Shown here: in pieces, positions 26,249 through 39,452 of the stretch
How positions within the stretch are numbered: the stretch's first letter is position 1
Layout: each line of letters opens with the position of its first letter
Assembly (NCBI GenBank): GCA_002633005.1
Contig: NMRA01000163.1
Location: forward strand, 32,071 to 96,070
Length of the DNA: 64,000 bases
Reading direction: 5' to 3'
From: Phoronis australis
Taxonomy: Eukaryota > Animalia > Phoronida
Program-made: the position numbers and the translations under genes
The notes under the pieces: generated by a model
The model's database searches: none
What the model was told of the DNA's origin: nothing
Seen by the model: the letters and a program-made list of their open reading frames with translations, nothing else

Positions 26249-28164
26249 CTGAAATACAACAAAAGAAAAAAATATGATCTGGCTTGTTCGTCTATACATA
26301 CACAAAAGTTTATGGCAGCTGAGTAATACTTGCCTATAATGGCAACTTCAACACAGTAATCTTATTTTTGAATATTACCTAGTCTGTGCCTCCTACTCGC
26401 ATCAATGTTGATATTTTTCTGCAGCTTTGGTTCGACCTGCCGAGTTGCGGGAACCTGAAGCTACCAAAATTGCCGACGATTTGTAGAGAATAAAAATAAA
26501 ATAATTTGGAGGAAAAGTGAGGCTTTAAATTTTGATAAGTTGCATCAATGACTCGTTGTGTCACTGGTTTGTCCCAATTTTAAGTTTAGTTTGACCACGA
26601 ATTGAAATTCAGGGATGCATTCCCATTGTTTAGTTGGTATTCGTCACTAAGCGGTTTTGGCATTCCCGGATTTTCAGAATCGGTTTCAACCACGGAATAG
26701 CGCATTAATCAGTGACTGTCAGCTATAACTATTATGAACCACCAAACTTAAAAGTGTGTAGAGGATCAACAGCTCTGAAAGGCAACTTCCTTCCAAATAG
26801 TGTCTTCAGTTTCCTATCGAATTACAAAGAGGACGGGTTTACTTGGCTGGTGAAGTGACGTTGCTGAAAAAATTCTGATTTAGGTAGGCTTTTATTTGAC
26901 AGCTTCTTGCGAATGGTCCTTCTGTTTAGGCTTCTGGAAAGTAGAGGTTTCCCATTCTTCCAGCGATAGAGCATGTCGAATATAGTCAAACGTGCCCCTT
27001 ACCGGTTTTATAAAACTTCTCTTCATAAGATTGCATGCAAATAGCACGGGTTTCCGTCTGTGTAGTTGGTGAGAGGCAGTTAAGTAAAATCTTAACTAAT
27101 ACGACCTGCAGTTGCCTTATTCAAAAGGGAACGTAAAATTGGATCTTAACCGAAGAACCTTGCAAGATCACCTGCTACCACGCAGGAACTAATCAACTCT
27201 GCCGATGCACCACCCAAGGGAGTCGGGCCCAGGATCGAAACTCCCAATGAAAGTGGCATCTCGATAAGAGATAGCAGCAGGAAAGCGTCTGTCCAACCGA
27301 CGTTTGAAATAATGGGGCTATTCGACGTGTTGTCGCTGCTGTACTAGTGGTTATTGGGTTGCGCATGCGTCGCTGTTTGCATGTACATGTAAACAGCTGG
27401 TAAAGAGACGAATTGTTATAAAATACGTCGTCGCGCTAAGCCTTATTATTGCTATTTTCCTGGGTGCAAATCTTCGACAGGAGTTCACAAATTCTCAAAA
27501 GACCTAAGGTTACTACAGACGTGGAGCATTGCGGTCAAAAGGGTCCACCAAGTGACGAAAAGTGTGTGGATGCCGAAGCCTCACGCCCAGTGTGTGTGCT
27601 CCATGCATTTCCATTGAGGCATTCAGAGACTATAAAATCACGTTACTTGGTAAGTTTTTAGCAATTAAGTTTCTGTCGACATCACTCCCTGATGTTGTCT
27701 CCACCAGTTACGCTACTGAATAACGGGTTTATTCAGTGGAATTAAGTGTTTCTCGTCAGAAACTCACCCGGAACCCGGATGTTAGGCTAGCAGCACATAT
27801 CCACATATTGTCTTGGGTGGGAGTGGTCCCGTTATAAGAGGTGTAAGACTTTTTCACAGCAGCTACTTTGCAAAATTATGCTATATCCAATAAGATTCTC
27901 TAGATGAGTGAATTTCCTTATTTTAGAGCGGACCCCACCCCCCAGGGCTACCAGATTAGTTAGCAAATTAACATGAATGAGCTATTTAGTGAATTTGTAA
28001 CGTTGCATTGGAATAAATATTGACACCTAGAGTGAATTTTATTTGTTGAGATCAGAAACACAATTTAGGTGTCATGAAAAATTCGAATTCTTAAATCACT
28101 TTTAGCTTCTTTCACATGTTTTAATTCAGATCTTAAATAAGGCTTAGGTACAAAGATTATTAGT

Positions 28165-29290
28165 TTCTTTTTTACAAACACTCACATTTATTATTTTTTC
28201 AGGTGTTTATTATCATTTATAAACAAGTACAAACAACACAAATAAGCACATCCATTCATTCACTCATGCACACCTCAGGAGAGACCATTCTCTTATCTCG
28301 TGTAAAGTAAACAGCTTCTACATGTATATGGAGTTGACACGAACAATGAATTTTTCCCATTTCACAGAGAAGTTGTCATATACAAAGTTTTTATATGCAA
28401 TTAATTTTTCAGCATTATAGTGAAAATTAGGTATATTCTTGTGACATTTCTTTTTGTAAATGTACCGTTTGGCTATTAGAACCAATATGTTAAATAGAAA
28501 ATCGTGCGTCTCATAAAGTCCAAGAATAACACGTTCGTACGAGAGACTATTGGAAAGCTTAATGCTACACTTTTGCATTAGCTTTCCGAATTCCTTCCAG
28601 AAATCTTGTACAAAGCGACATTCCCAAAAAAGGTGTGACAGCGTCTCTGGTGCTTTATTACAAAAGGAACATAAATTAGAATCCCGAACACGGATTTTGA
28701 CTAAAATGCATTGGTTGCAATAATCCTGTGTAGTATTCTAAATTGGAACCATCTAATGTTGGATCTCTTGTAATGTTATAAGGCATATGCCTACAACCCT
28801 TCAAATCTTTCGGTAAGTGAGTAATTGCTAAAGACATGCAACGAGAGTAGACATTAACACTTTTAATTTACTTTGAAATAGACTTTTTCGAAACCTTCTT
28901 AAAACGGAAACAATACAATTATATTTTGCAAAGTTGTTTTTACATCGAACCCATTTTTCATGTGGTTCAAACTAACGAAATCACCATCAGAGTTATACAC
29001 ATCTCTAATAAATCTTAAGCCCTTTACAAACCAAGGGTTACAAAAACACTTGTGCCTTTGATCGCCAAAAAAAATATTAAACCACAAAGATTGATTCAAA
29101 AAGTGCTCTTTACTTGCAACAACTATTTTCTTGGAGAAAGATGTCATACGTCGCGCCAGTAGGAATTACCAATTAGAGTCAACTTCGACTTAATAAAGTC
29201 ATCTCCAAATGAAGCAAAATCTTTTAAGAACGGGTAGATTGAGTACAGTAACTCACTACTTTTAGCTTTACCATATCTACGGGTTGTGAC
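28165..29290 (-). mobile_element. L1/Tx1-clade LINE ORF2 3' remnant (zf-RVT-like)
   Basis: SLWFN...PWFVKGLRFIRDV; RILHRIIATN; DSNLCSFCNKAPETLSHLFWEC; FLFNILVLIAKRYIY; frameshifted. Confidence 0.8.
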
Positions 29291-30669
29291 GAGTTTTAAG
29301 CTTGGAAAAAAGGGACAGATTATTCCACCCTCGTGTGGTCCCAAAACGATGCAGGGAGTGACCTTCAACATGAAAGCACAATTTCACAAAAAAACAGGAA
29401 AATAGAGGTAATCGATTTCAACGTTGGACCCTTTCACCGAGAGCGGCCCCGTAAGAATTTCTTAATAAAAACACAAAAAGGTGGCCACTTGAATGTCATC
29501 AGTGGCCTCGTTCAAAAGCAGGGGCCCCTCAATATGAAAATATCTGTATTTTCAAATATCAGGAAATGCGCAGCAATGATGTTATCTGTCAGGTCATCAA
29601 GTGACATACAGTTTCGAGAAAGAAAAATAAAGCGAAAGTTGTCGCCGTTATCCCTTGCCAGAGAGGGGCCTCTAGAAAAATATAGTTTTGCATTCGCAAA
29701 ATTGACTTATTGAATTTAAACATCCAGTAAATTAGTACGCTCTGCAAAACCTTCGCTTTACAAATTCTCTCCATTTTTTCGAAATATATGTGTGCGTTAA
29801 GACGACCTGTGCTGCAAAAGCGAAGACCCGAACGACAATGTCCTGGCCTGGGTCCACAAAAGGTAAACTATACGTGTACACTGATGCAGATTTGTTAAAT
29901 GTTCTCTTGAGCTTTTCGCAGTCTTTCTTTTTTCGACTGTCCCCGGCACCACGCCTATGTGGGTTGCCACGGTTTAACCCAGACGCTTGAAAAGACCCGT
30001 GCCCAGCCCGCCTCTCCCCGCTTCCTACGGCCCTGGAACTGTATGCAAATGTACCGACACATTTCAAATTGCCTGGTTGTTAAAGTTCCACATCTAGAGT
30101 GCGAAATTATGTTTCCACGTAATCATTTAACGTTTAATTTTACCACTCCGTCAGCCATTCAACATAAAGTTTACGTTGGTGCAATTTCACGCAATTCGTA
30201 TCTGTAGGTTGATTCTATTTTACTACCTTTCAATAGTCGTACAAAAGTTGATAAACCGATGTCAAGACCGGAGTGGCTACTGGTGAACGAACAGCGGACA
30301 GTTAAATGTTTGTTTGGCCAAAGTTCACCCGCTAAGTCATAAAATGGCAATTGCCGACCGAGGACAAGCATAATCCGAATTGGTCGTCTATGCTAGGCGA
30401 CCACTTGGTCGACCCAAGTGCCGACCGCAGAGGCGACTCAGCAGACGGCTCCCAGCAGACCATTCTTGGGCGGCTGCTTGTCGGCTAGACGGCCGGTCGA
30501 CGACCGGTCGTCGACCAATGTCCGATCGGTGGTCGGACAAAAATTCATGATGTGTGCTGTATACTTTGAACATTGATGATGAAAACCGATGCAGTGTACA
30601 GAAGAAATTATACAACAGAGTCATCTCGTGGAAGATTCTAAAGAGAATGTTGGCAAGGACAAGGGTTAA

Positions 30670-32000
30670 AGGCGAAGGCAACCTTTTTCATGTCAATTTT
30701 AGCAGAAATAAGGTTCATTGAATATCCCAGAAACATTTTTCACTAAATTACAGCTTTTCGTAATTTGATTAATTTCTCGTCCTCTACTCCGGAAGTGACG
30801 TTTTTGGGAGGCAAGAGTTTCGGGCCAATTTCTTTTCATTATAGTCTGACAGTGAGAGCTGTCGAGTCAGTCATTGTTCTACCTCGTTTTCGATAAGTTC
30901 GCACGTCGTTTGCTTTTAATTTGTTTACAAGTCAGTCAACATGCCACGCTGATGCTGCGTGCCGGGATGTACTCATTATCGTCTCACACGCACTTTGGGT
31001 ACCTTGCGTCGCTTTCCGAAGGATGACACACTTCGCCGTACTTGGCTAGCTCGTTCATTTGAAGAACGCAGCGCAACCCGTCCACGAACGCACAAAGCAA
31101 TGGAGGGTTACCGAGTGTGTGGCAAGCATTTTATGCCGTCAGATTATGACAGATATGTACGCTGAATTGATGAAGGTCCCTGCGAAACAACGCCTGAAGA
31201 AGCGTACCATACCGTCGCTGTTGATTCCCGGCAGTGCCCCGTCGCCAACTCCGAGAAGTGCGTTTTTGAAGCGAGAAGCCTCGCGAGCTGTGGCCACTAA
31301 ATACAGTGACTGGAGGCGCTTAATCTACTGTTACCTGTGCCTCCGAACGTACCCCATTGCATGCAATTCCGGGAACTAGCAGTGATTCGCCCTGTGCTGT
31401 TGTCTCTAGCCCAGATCCTGTAAGCAGCCCTGCAGCAATGTTGAGTAGTGAGAGTGAATACAGGCCCAGTTCGACACCCAGTGAAGAGGACAGTTCGCCA
31501 TCCAGTGAACAGATCGGTGAGCCTAAGTTTGATAAGTTTATGGTGGGCTTGTATTGGAGCTATTTGGAAGGTGCCAGGTGTGTGGCACGGGAGTCACGCG
31601 GCGGGATGTAAGCAGTTTGGGTGCTCAGATCACCCTCCAGTGTGAGTGTGTCGCGGGACACTCGGGCAAGTGGGACAGTTCTTCCTCTGTACAATGTACG
31701 TGAGACGATAATGAGTACACCCCAGTACGCAGCAACAGCGTGGCATGTTGACTGACTCGTAACCAAAAGAGAACGACGACCGAACTTATCACAACCGAGG
31801 TAGAACAATGACTGACTCGACTGCTCTCACAGTCAGACTATGTGAAAAGAAATTGGCGCGAAATTCTTGCCTCCCAAAACGTCACTTCCGGAGTAGACGA
31901 CGAGTAAATAATTAAATCACGAAAAGCAGTAAATAATGTCTGGGATAATCAACGAACCTTATTTCTGCTAAAAATTACATGAAAAAGGTTGCCTTCGCCT
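30670..32000 (+). mobile_element. Kolobok-like element, internally deleted, with decayed THAP ORF (ATG 30941)
   Basis: TTAA TSD at 30666-30669 and 32001-32004; AGG...CCT ends. MPR*CCVPGC...RRFPKDDTLRRTW...VCGKHF...RLKKRTIPS is a C2CH THAP signature. Confidence 0.85.
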
Positions 32001-34107
32001 TTAACGAAAATGAATTTTATTATGAGCTTTTCACCTTCATCGTGCGTAGTGGGATACTGCGAGAGACAGTGAGCACAAAGAAGAATCGTGGGTAATAAGA
32101 TACTGTGTGCAATTATTGGGTCACGAAGGATTGCAATCAGCAAATATAGTACCGCAGCATAGAGTGTGTTAGTTGGAGGATCGACCTACAGCACTGTCAT
32201 ACGGGTGTCGAGTCCTATATCTTGGATAGCAGATTAGACGTTTGATACTTTATAGTTAATGGACTGAAATAATCCTTACAGTTGGCGCTAACGTGGTTAC
32301 TTTTCTTCATTGTTAGTCTAAATAATTGACAACGGATTTCACTTCTTTTAATTAGTGGTTATCATATAATAAATTAATTACTGGATGTAACCATTCTCTC
32401 TTTATCCATTTACAGTCACAAAACATAGCTACATTTTAAACAAACCAACAGTCAACTTATGACACTACTTATAGACATTTTTGTATTATTTGCTGTAGGA
32501 ACCACTTCTATAACGATGCATCAGTGCGTTTGCAGAAGAAGAAAGCCATGGAATAAAGGTAACACACGCCTTCTTAATCTACGCCGCAGTAATGTATTTG
32601 CCGAAATGCATGATTATCTATGAAAAAATTGGTAGATATCAAGGCAAACACAAAATAAAATATAATAGCCAACAGGGGACACCACAGTCGTCGGATATGT
32701 CCAAAAATTAGGCCAGGTGAAGTCTCTTCAATAAATTCAGATGTCATTAAGATCCACCAAGGTAGTCGGTAGAGAATGAGGACTGGGAAAAACGAAATTG
32801 CCAGTAGAGGTCGTCAGATCTGTCTGAAAATCGTCTTCAGCCATGCACTTTCGAGAAGAAACACGTACGCATATGGAAATTTTGATGATTCTTAAAATGG
32901 TTAGATGGAAAGGCCGCCACACCAAAAAACCAATAACTCAAATGGCAACTACAGTAGGTGGTGTACAATAGATAAAACCTACCCGTAATTAAAAGAAATT
33001 ATGTGGTCTTTAATGGAGACCAATTCTCAAACTTCACGAAAATCACCCAAAGAACTCCAAAGACCCAAGGTTGCGTTACACTCCAAGTAGAATTTTTTAT
33101 TGTTTTTTGGTCTGGGGAATTTGTATACGGTTGTTATTCAGGTACAAAAAGAAGGGGTTTACAACAGCCTTTAAGACCCCGCTATGGTTAAACAGGATCT
33201 TGTTGACAAGTCTTTGCATTTAGCAGTATATTTAGGAGGCTATATATTTTATCTCAGTAAAGCTGTAAGATATTTTCTGACAGTAGAAGAACTGCAAAAT
33301 CTGATTTGTTTGACTTTTTACCAATCTGTTGTTAAATGGGTCACAAGAACAAGTCTCTTATAAAATTTAGCAAAAAACACAGGTAAAGTGGTAGCCGCAT
33401 CAGTCACACAATCATTTTTATTTGATATAAATGTGTAAGGTTAGATACAAGTATCAAAAACACTGTAACTGTTTTCTGAAATATCACACAGTTTTCGTTT
33501 TATGCAAGTTTAAAGACTCCAGAAAAATCATAAAAGTACCAGTTTCGATTGCTCCTCACGAAAAAAAATGGAACATTTCAAAAATATTTCAGAATTCTGA
33601 GAACAATGCACAAAACAAAGTATCGGACAGTTTCTTATGAATCCGATCAGCCTGTCTGAGATATGATGTTCCAAAGTCAGCGAAATTTGGCTAATTTTAT
33701 AGGGACCTACATGTATGTAATATTTCAAAAGCTTAAAGCTGGTGCTTATTTTTGTCTTGTGCTGCGATAACAGAGCTACAAAATCAGTTTGGTCAAGTAC
33801 TTTCAAACATCATAAAGCCCAACAGGTGCTAGTGTGAATGTTGAATGTGACGTTTCGCAATCAGAAGTTGTTGCTAATCAGTAGCTTCAATCTAAAGGAC
33901 TACTAAATTAAGATCTTCCCTCTTTGATATTTAACACTTACATGACAAAATGACGCCTTAAAATAAACTAACAATGGCACTTCCTTGGACAGTATATCAG
34001 AAGTTAACGGTGAAAATGAACTCGGTGTTTATTTTACTGCGGCCATTTGAAGTACCACATGTGCAACCATAGCACACGAAAACATTACCCATACCTTAAA
34101 AACCTAC

Positions 34108-34383
34108 CTTCGTTCCTCGTACATTATCCCCCCGTGGAGTTTTCAGGTGCACGCTGTGACATTGTTGACAGTACTTTGTCTTCTTGACGTAAATAAAAGA
34201 AACACACAATTTTTCGTTCTTACATAACTGGGAACATTCGGTTGACGATCCCACTCTCTGTTGATAAGGTCCAGAACAAGTTGTCATAGATGTTGTTTCT
34301 TGAGCGTACTGTACAAAGACATTGCCCGCAACGGAGGCAATACAGAATATCAACAGTCTCTCTACATTCCCGTTGACAGACAT
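34108..34383 (-). CDS. Gene B exon 1: signal peptide + PAN/apple domain
   Basis: MSVNGNVERLLIFCIASVAG-NVFVQY...CSQLCKNEKLCVSFIYVKKTKYCQQC...GTK|gtaggt; 276 nt. Confidence 0.88.
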
Positions 34384-34687
34384 TTTTCTTAAGCAATGTA
34401 GCAGTCTGTGAACCAACTTTCGATTTTTTTCAAAAGCAATTATACTATCAGCATCAAACCGGAGGCGAGTCCGTTTTGCTGTCTACAGCATAGCCCATAA
34501 AATTATTAAACCATGCCAAATGACTTCGCATGGAGGCACTATTTAACTTGCAAGATCCATGCGACGGGCGTAAACGCGTCGCATGGTTATAACCTATGGG
34601 ACAGTACCAATGATTTCCTTTGTTCTATCTTTGTTGGGTATAACAATACAGGTCCCTTGGGCGCACATCATCTGGTTTTCGAGAAAT

Positions 34688-35140
34688 CATGTCGTGAACA
34701 CATCCACTAGCACAAGAAACTGTAGGAGCACCGCATTTATCCACCTTCACTCTTATCAGGCTTCTATTGTGAGTCAGCGTGCGTGAATAATTGGCTGATA
34801 AGCCACGTACCTCTAGAACTACTTTTGGCTGAACGGATGACTAGGCCATAAAATGATAATTAGCCAAGACCAGTTACTAATGCAACAAAGAATAATGTTG
34901 TAGTATCACCTAGCCTTGGTGGAAAGCTGTATACTGTATTGGCTGTAATAAACGCTTAGAAAAATTCATTTCACGGGGAGGGGATTCTTATTGTAGCCTA
35001 CGGCAGTTGAAAGCCGGTTTCCCAAACGGGTAAAATCGGAAGCTAGGATTCATAAAATTTACGCTCTGTGACGTATTTTTAACCTATGACAGTCTTTCTA
35101 CAAAATTGTGGTGCATTGCTATGAACTTCCGTTGTTAAAT
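34688..35140 (-). mobile_element. Partial inverted copy of the CATG-ended element at 43187-44001
   Basis: Reverse complement of 43540-44001; begins catgtcgtgaacacatccacta. Confidence 0.75.
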
Positions 35141-36079
35141 TACGATAATTTTTCAAAAAATTGTGCTCATCACAGGGCGAAAACTTGCCTATTTATGCGT
35201 CGATGAATTGCCATCGTCAACAGGAAAACTCCCCTGTGAATTACCGCGACAATTGTTACGATACCTATCCAATACGCCCTTTGTATTGATGTAGATCTGT
35301 GCTAATGAAGTGGAAAGGTGATAGCTAGCATTGTTGTCTCAACAATGGTTACACCCAATATTTGGTTTCCGCTGACATTTGCAGAGTGACAGTGTGCAAC
35401 TGTGGAGAGTAGTTTTAACTTGGTACATTATAAATATTACAAAATAACTAAAAAGGTTAACTTGTGTTTATCTTCACAAAGGGCATTTCCCAAAAGAACG
35501 ATATGTTTCATATTGGTTTCCTTTATTTAATTTTAATGCTTCTGCCTACTTGTTTTTTTTTTACCGGAAGTTTGTCTACTGAACTCTAACCGTCTCCTCC
35601 ATTATATAAACTCACGCATTCTTCTGATTGCCGTTGTGGCCACCAGCCCAAACCGATCGCAAATACGCCTTGCTTTGTGCTCGAAGTGTCTTATCAGGGA
35701 TCAGACAGGTCACGTTTTGGGCTCCAAGATGCTCAGAATAGAGCAAAATGACTGCTCATCATTGTCATTCAACGGCAAACCAAGTTCAAAACAACATTTT
35801 GAATAAATTGTCCAGGACGTATGGTCACGCGCACCAGAATATTCGGGAACAATGTTGTTGTCAGCGTAGCTGCGAATTGATACTGTAAGCGATCGTATCA
35901 AGACTATGCCCACTATTCCGTCACTTACTGTGCGTAGGCGTTACCTTAAGATGTAAAAAGATAGTTGGCTGCACCTATGTGCGCCTACGTCCCACTATAA
36001 CATAATATACTGCGCGTAGGCGCAACGTTCTAGTGCCGAAACGTGAGCGCAACCACGAGGGGGACTTGGAGGGCTCGAT

Positions 36080-36983
36080 TGACAAGCGATGCATAAAATG
36101 TACTAATATAGCTTAAAAGGATTTCATTGAGCAAAAGGTCGAAGTTTAGACTGCCATTTAATGATAATATATTTTTGGTAGAGATATTATTTACAGGAAT
36201 TGAAAGCATATACAGTTAATTGGTTTTCACTGAGCGCACGAAAGAGAGAATTTCTCGGGTGTTCAATGAGGGCACATTTGAAGTAAATATGAGGATAAGA
36301 CTGAAGGTCACCACATTTACAATTAGAAGAGACATCACTCAAGTCGTGCCTAAAAACAGATATGGAAATCAGAAGCAACAACATTGATAAGTGATGCACA
36401 AAATTTACTAACATTGCTAAAGAGGAATTCATTAAGAAAAGGTCAAAGCTTGGACTACCATTTAATAACAATGTAATGTTGGTAGAGATAATATTACAGG
36501 AATTGAAAGCATTTACAATTAATAGGTTTTTATTGAGTGCACGATAGAGCGAATTTCTCGGGTGTTCGATGAGGAGACATTTGAAGAAAATATGGGGATA
36601 AGATCTATGGGTACCACATTTACAGATTGGAGAGACATTACTAAATACGTGCGTAAACATGTCGGATTTGAGGAAAAGACCGGATCTCGGTCGGTAAAAT
36701 GCCATTTCGTTCTCGCGGGGAAGCGAGAACTGTTCCAGGGCTTTTGAGTTGTCAAGTTGATGAAAAGCAGTTTTAAAAGTGTTTTTTTGTACTTGTGAAT
36801 GAGTTGCTTTCCTTAACAAAAACTGGAAGAGAATTCCTGTTGTTGACCCTCTGAATTCCTTACTGAACGGCGGAGGATTTGCATATGGCCTTGCCTAAAA
36901 TACATGTATAGATCGGATAATTTTTGATTAAGTCATTGTTGACATTGTTTAGTACCTTGAAAGTAAACGAGGCCATGAGAAGA
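36080..36983 (-). mobile_element. CR1/L2-like LINE remnant, duplicate of 2390-3340
   Basis: ORF 36187-36819 with two SxxCKCG...YPHIxFKC modules. Confidence 0.65.
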
Positions 36984-37177
36984 TAATGATAATCCTGTAT
37001 TATACATTGACGTTAGATGCTAAAGACACAAATTTAACGTTTCATTATCTCGTTAAATCATTTTTTTCCAAAACATATGTAAACAATAACATTTTATCAC
37101 ATGGCACCTTGGTATGTTTCAGTCTAATCAATAAAAATATTTAAATTCTTTGATCAAAAAACTTTTAAGCATATTAA

Positions 37178-37629
37178 AGGCGAAGGCTACCTTTTTTCAT
37201 GTCATTTTTAGCAAAATATAAGGTTCGTTGGTTATCCCAGACACATTTTCCTCTTAGTTACAGCTTTTTATTCGTTCTCTACTCCGGATGTGGGAGGCAA
37301 GAATTTCGCACCAATTTCTTTCCCTATCATAGTCTCATTATGAAAGCTGTCGAGTCAGTCATTGATCTACCTCGGTTGTGTTAAGTTCGGTCGTCGTTTG
37401 CATTTGGTTACAAGTCACAACCGAAATAGAAAAAGGACCGACTCGGCAGACTATATGAAAAGAAATTGGCGCGAAATTCTTTCCTCCCAAAACATCACTT
37501 CCAGAGTAGAGAACGAATAATTAATTAAATTACGAAAAGCTGTAATTACATGTAAGTGGAATACATGTCTGGGATAGCCAACGAACCTTATTTTTACTAA
37601 AAAAGACACGAAAAAGGTTGCCTTCACCT
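37178..37629. mobile_element. Kolobok-like fold-back MITE, duplicate of 6513-6992
   Basis: TTAA flanks at 37174-37177 and 37630-37633. Confidence 0.85.
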
Positions 37630-38754
37630 TTAAGCACTGAGATCATGGAGTGGCTAACTAACTATGCAAGTGATTTTAACAACACACACACATCATTTCT
37701 TGTGAAAAATCACTCATAGCTTACATATCAGAAAGTCCTTCAAGATTTTTAAATCGAAAGCATTATGTCATGACTCTTTAACCACACGGACACTGCCACT
37801 ATTATCTGCTCCAGAGTCCATAACTGAAATGGACAATTGATATCTGTTGTCATTTATGATTTCTACCTTTCGTCACTGACATTTTTAAAGCTGGGGTAAA
37901 CTACCACACCATCACTAAAGATCAAAAACTAAACAACAAATTGGCATCACTTTTACAACCTTTGTTCTTAAAGCAGATCCTCTTATAAACAAGTCATCCA
38001 TCAGTTTTACAGTTAACTACACATTGAATTTCAAAAAATTGATTATGGGAAAATTCTCTAGTTTTGGGACAGTGAATAATTATTTTGATCAAAGTCAGAG
38101 TTTTTCTCAATTTTTAGAAATTCACACAATTGTCCAGGGTTTTGAGTTGGGGGGCAGGGCACAGGAATAACCAGAATTTCGACAGACGCGCGCGCCCAGC
38201 CTAAAATGTGGGTATGTAGGGGTCTCGAATTTTTGGGTTTGCGTACATGTAACTAAAAAAAAGAAAAACGGGGTTTTTCAGAGCCTGCATACAGTATATG
38301 AGTTGTTTATTCACCCGCGAGCCTCCTGAGAAGTTATGATGTTGAATATACACTGTTTATAGGGACTTTGAAAGCATAGTTCTCATTTGTTTATACATGA
38401 AGCCTAAACGGGAAAAATTTGATCGAAACTAGGGTAATTAAATCAAATTAAATTAACATGAATTTCATTTCGGTAAATATTTTATAGGTTTGGAGGAATT
38501 TCTGCCTTAGAAAACAAACTTTTGAAACACTGCGAGTCATTTGGAATCCACAAGCTCGTCGTTACACCTTAGATTCAGTTTACATTTACTTGTTCTTCTT
38601 ACGGACTATGAATTTTTGGATTGTGAGTACAACATAGAAAAATATTTACATCAGTTTATCCGCTATAGCCCTCCGAATTGGTGTAAAATTCGTCGTTTCC
38701 GATACGTTCATGCAGAGGAAATTTTACATATATGCTACCAACTGCAGAGAATTG

Positions 38755-39362
38755 TCAGTGGTTGTTTTTTCTTATTCTCATTACAGAATTTTTAAGTAAA
38801 ATTACGTCCGTGTCTAGATTACATTTCATGCAATTATTTGATGCCAATTTTGGACAATTCCCGTTCAAAGGATAGTAGTAATTGATCCCAACAGACGCAC
38901 AAGCTTCGTGCCACCATCCACCTGATTTTGATATTCCGCAGTTTCCACTCTATGTATCGTTGTCTCTGTCTTTGGTTGTAAACGGTCTGCCATTTATTTC
39001 TTCCATCGAAGAACCCCCAATCGCTGTATTAGCTGTTGAGATGTTTATTCTGTATTTATCTGACTCGTCTGCTATGAAGAACATGTCGTGATCACGTGTT
39101 ATAACTGTGCCATTCCAACTAGTCATCTCATACTGTAACTTATACGGAGCTTGTCTAGTGATGTAGTTAATGTTATCATTGCCGAGCCACATCTCTCCAT
39201 TCAAAACACCAAATCCTTCCTTATAGTCGGTCCATGGTCGATCAAAATTGAGACTTCCGTTGAATCTTCGCTGAAAGATCGTCCACCCTTCTTGGCAGTA
39301 AACGTAGAATTCTCTGTGACAGTCTTTTGGACGAATTAACAGAAACCCAGTGAAGTCAGGTG
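38755..39362 (-). pseudogene. Gene C exon 3: FReD with premature stop (TGG>TAG at 38950-38952)
   Basis: 608 nt, collinear with gene A exon 3; DRDNDT* where gene A has DRDNDAW. Confidence 0.85.
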
Positions 39363-39394
39363 CTTAAATAAGATAAATAAAATTAAAATGCATG

Positions 39395-39452
<58 letters not shown>

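Noticed and set aside
30941-31379. Host THAP-domain gene
   Set aside because: Has a stop and a frameshift and lies inside TIRs with a TTAA TSD; it is a transposon relic.
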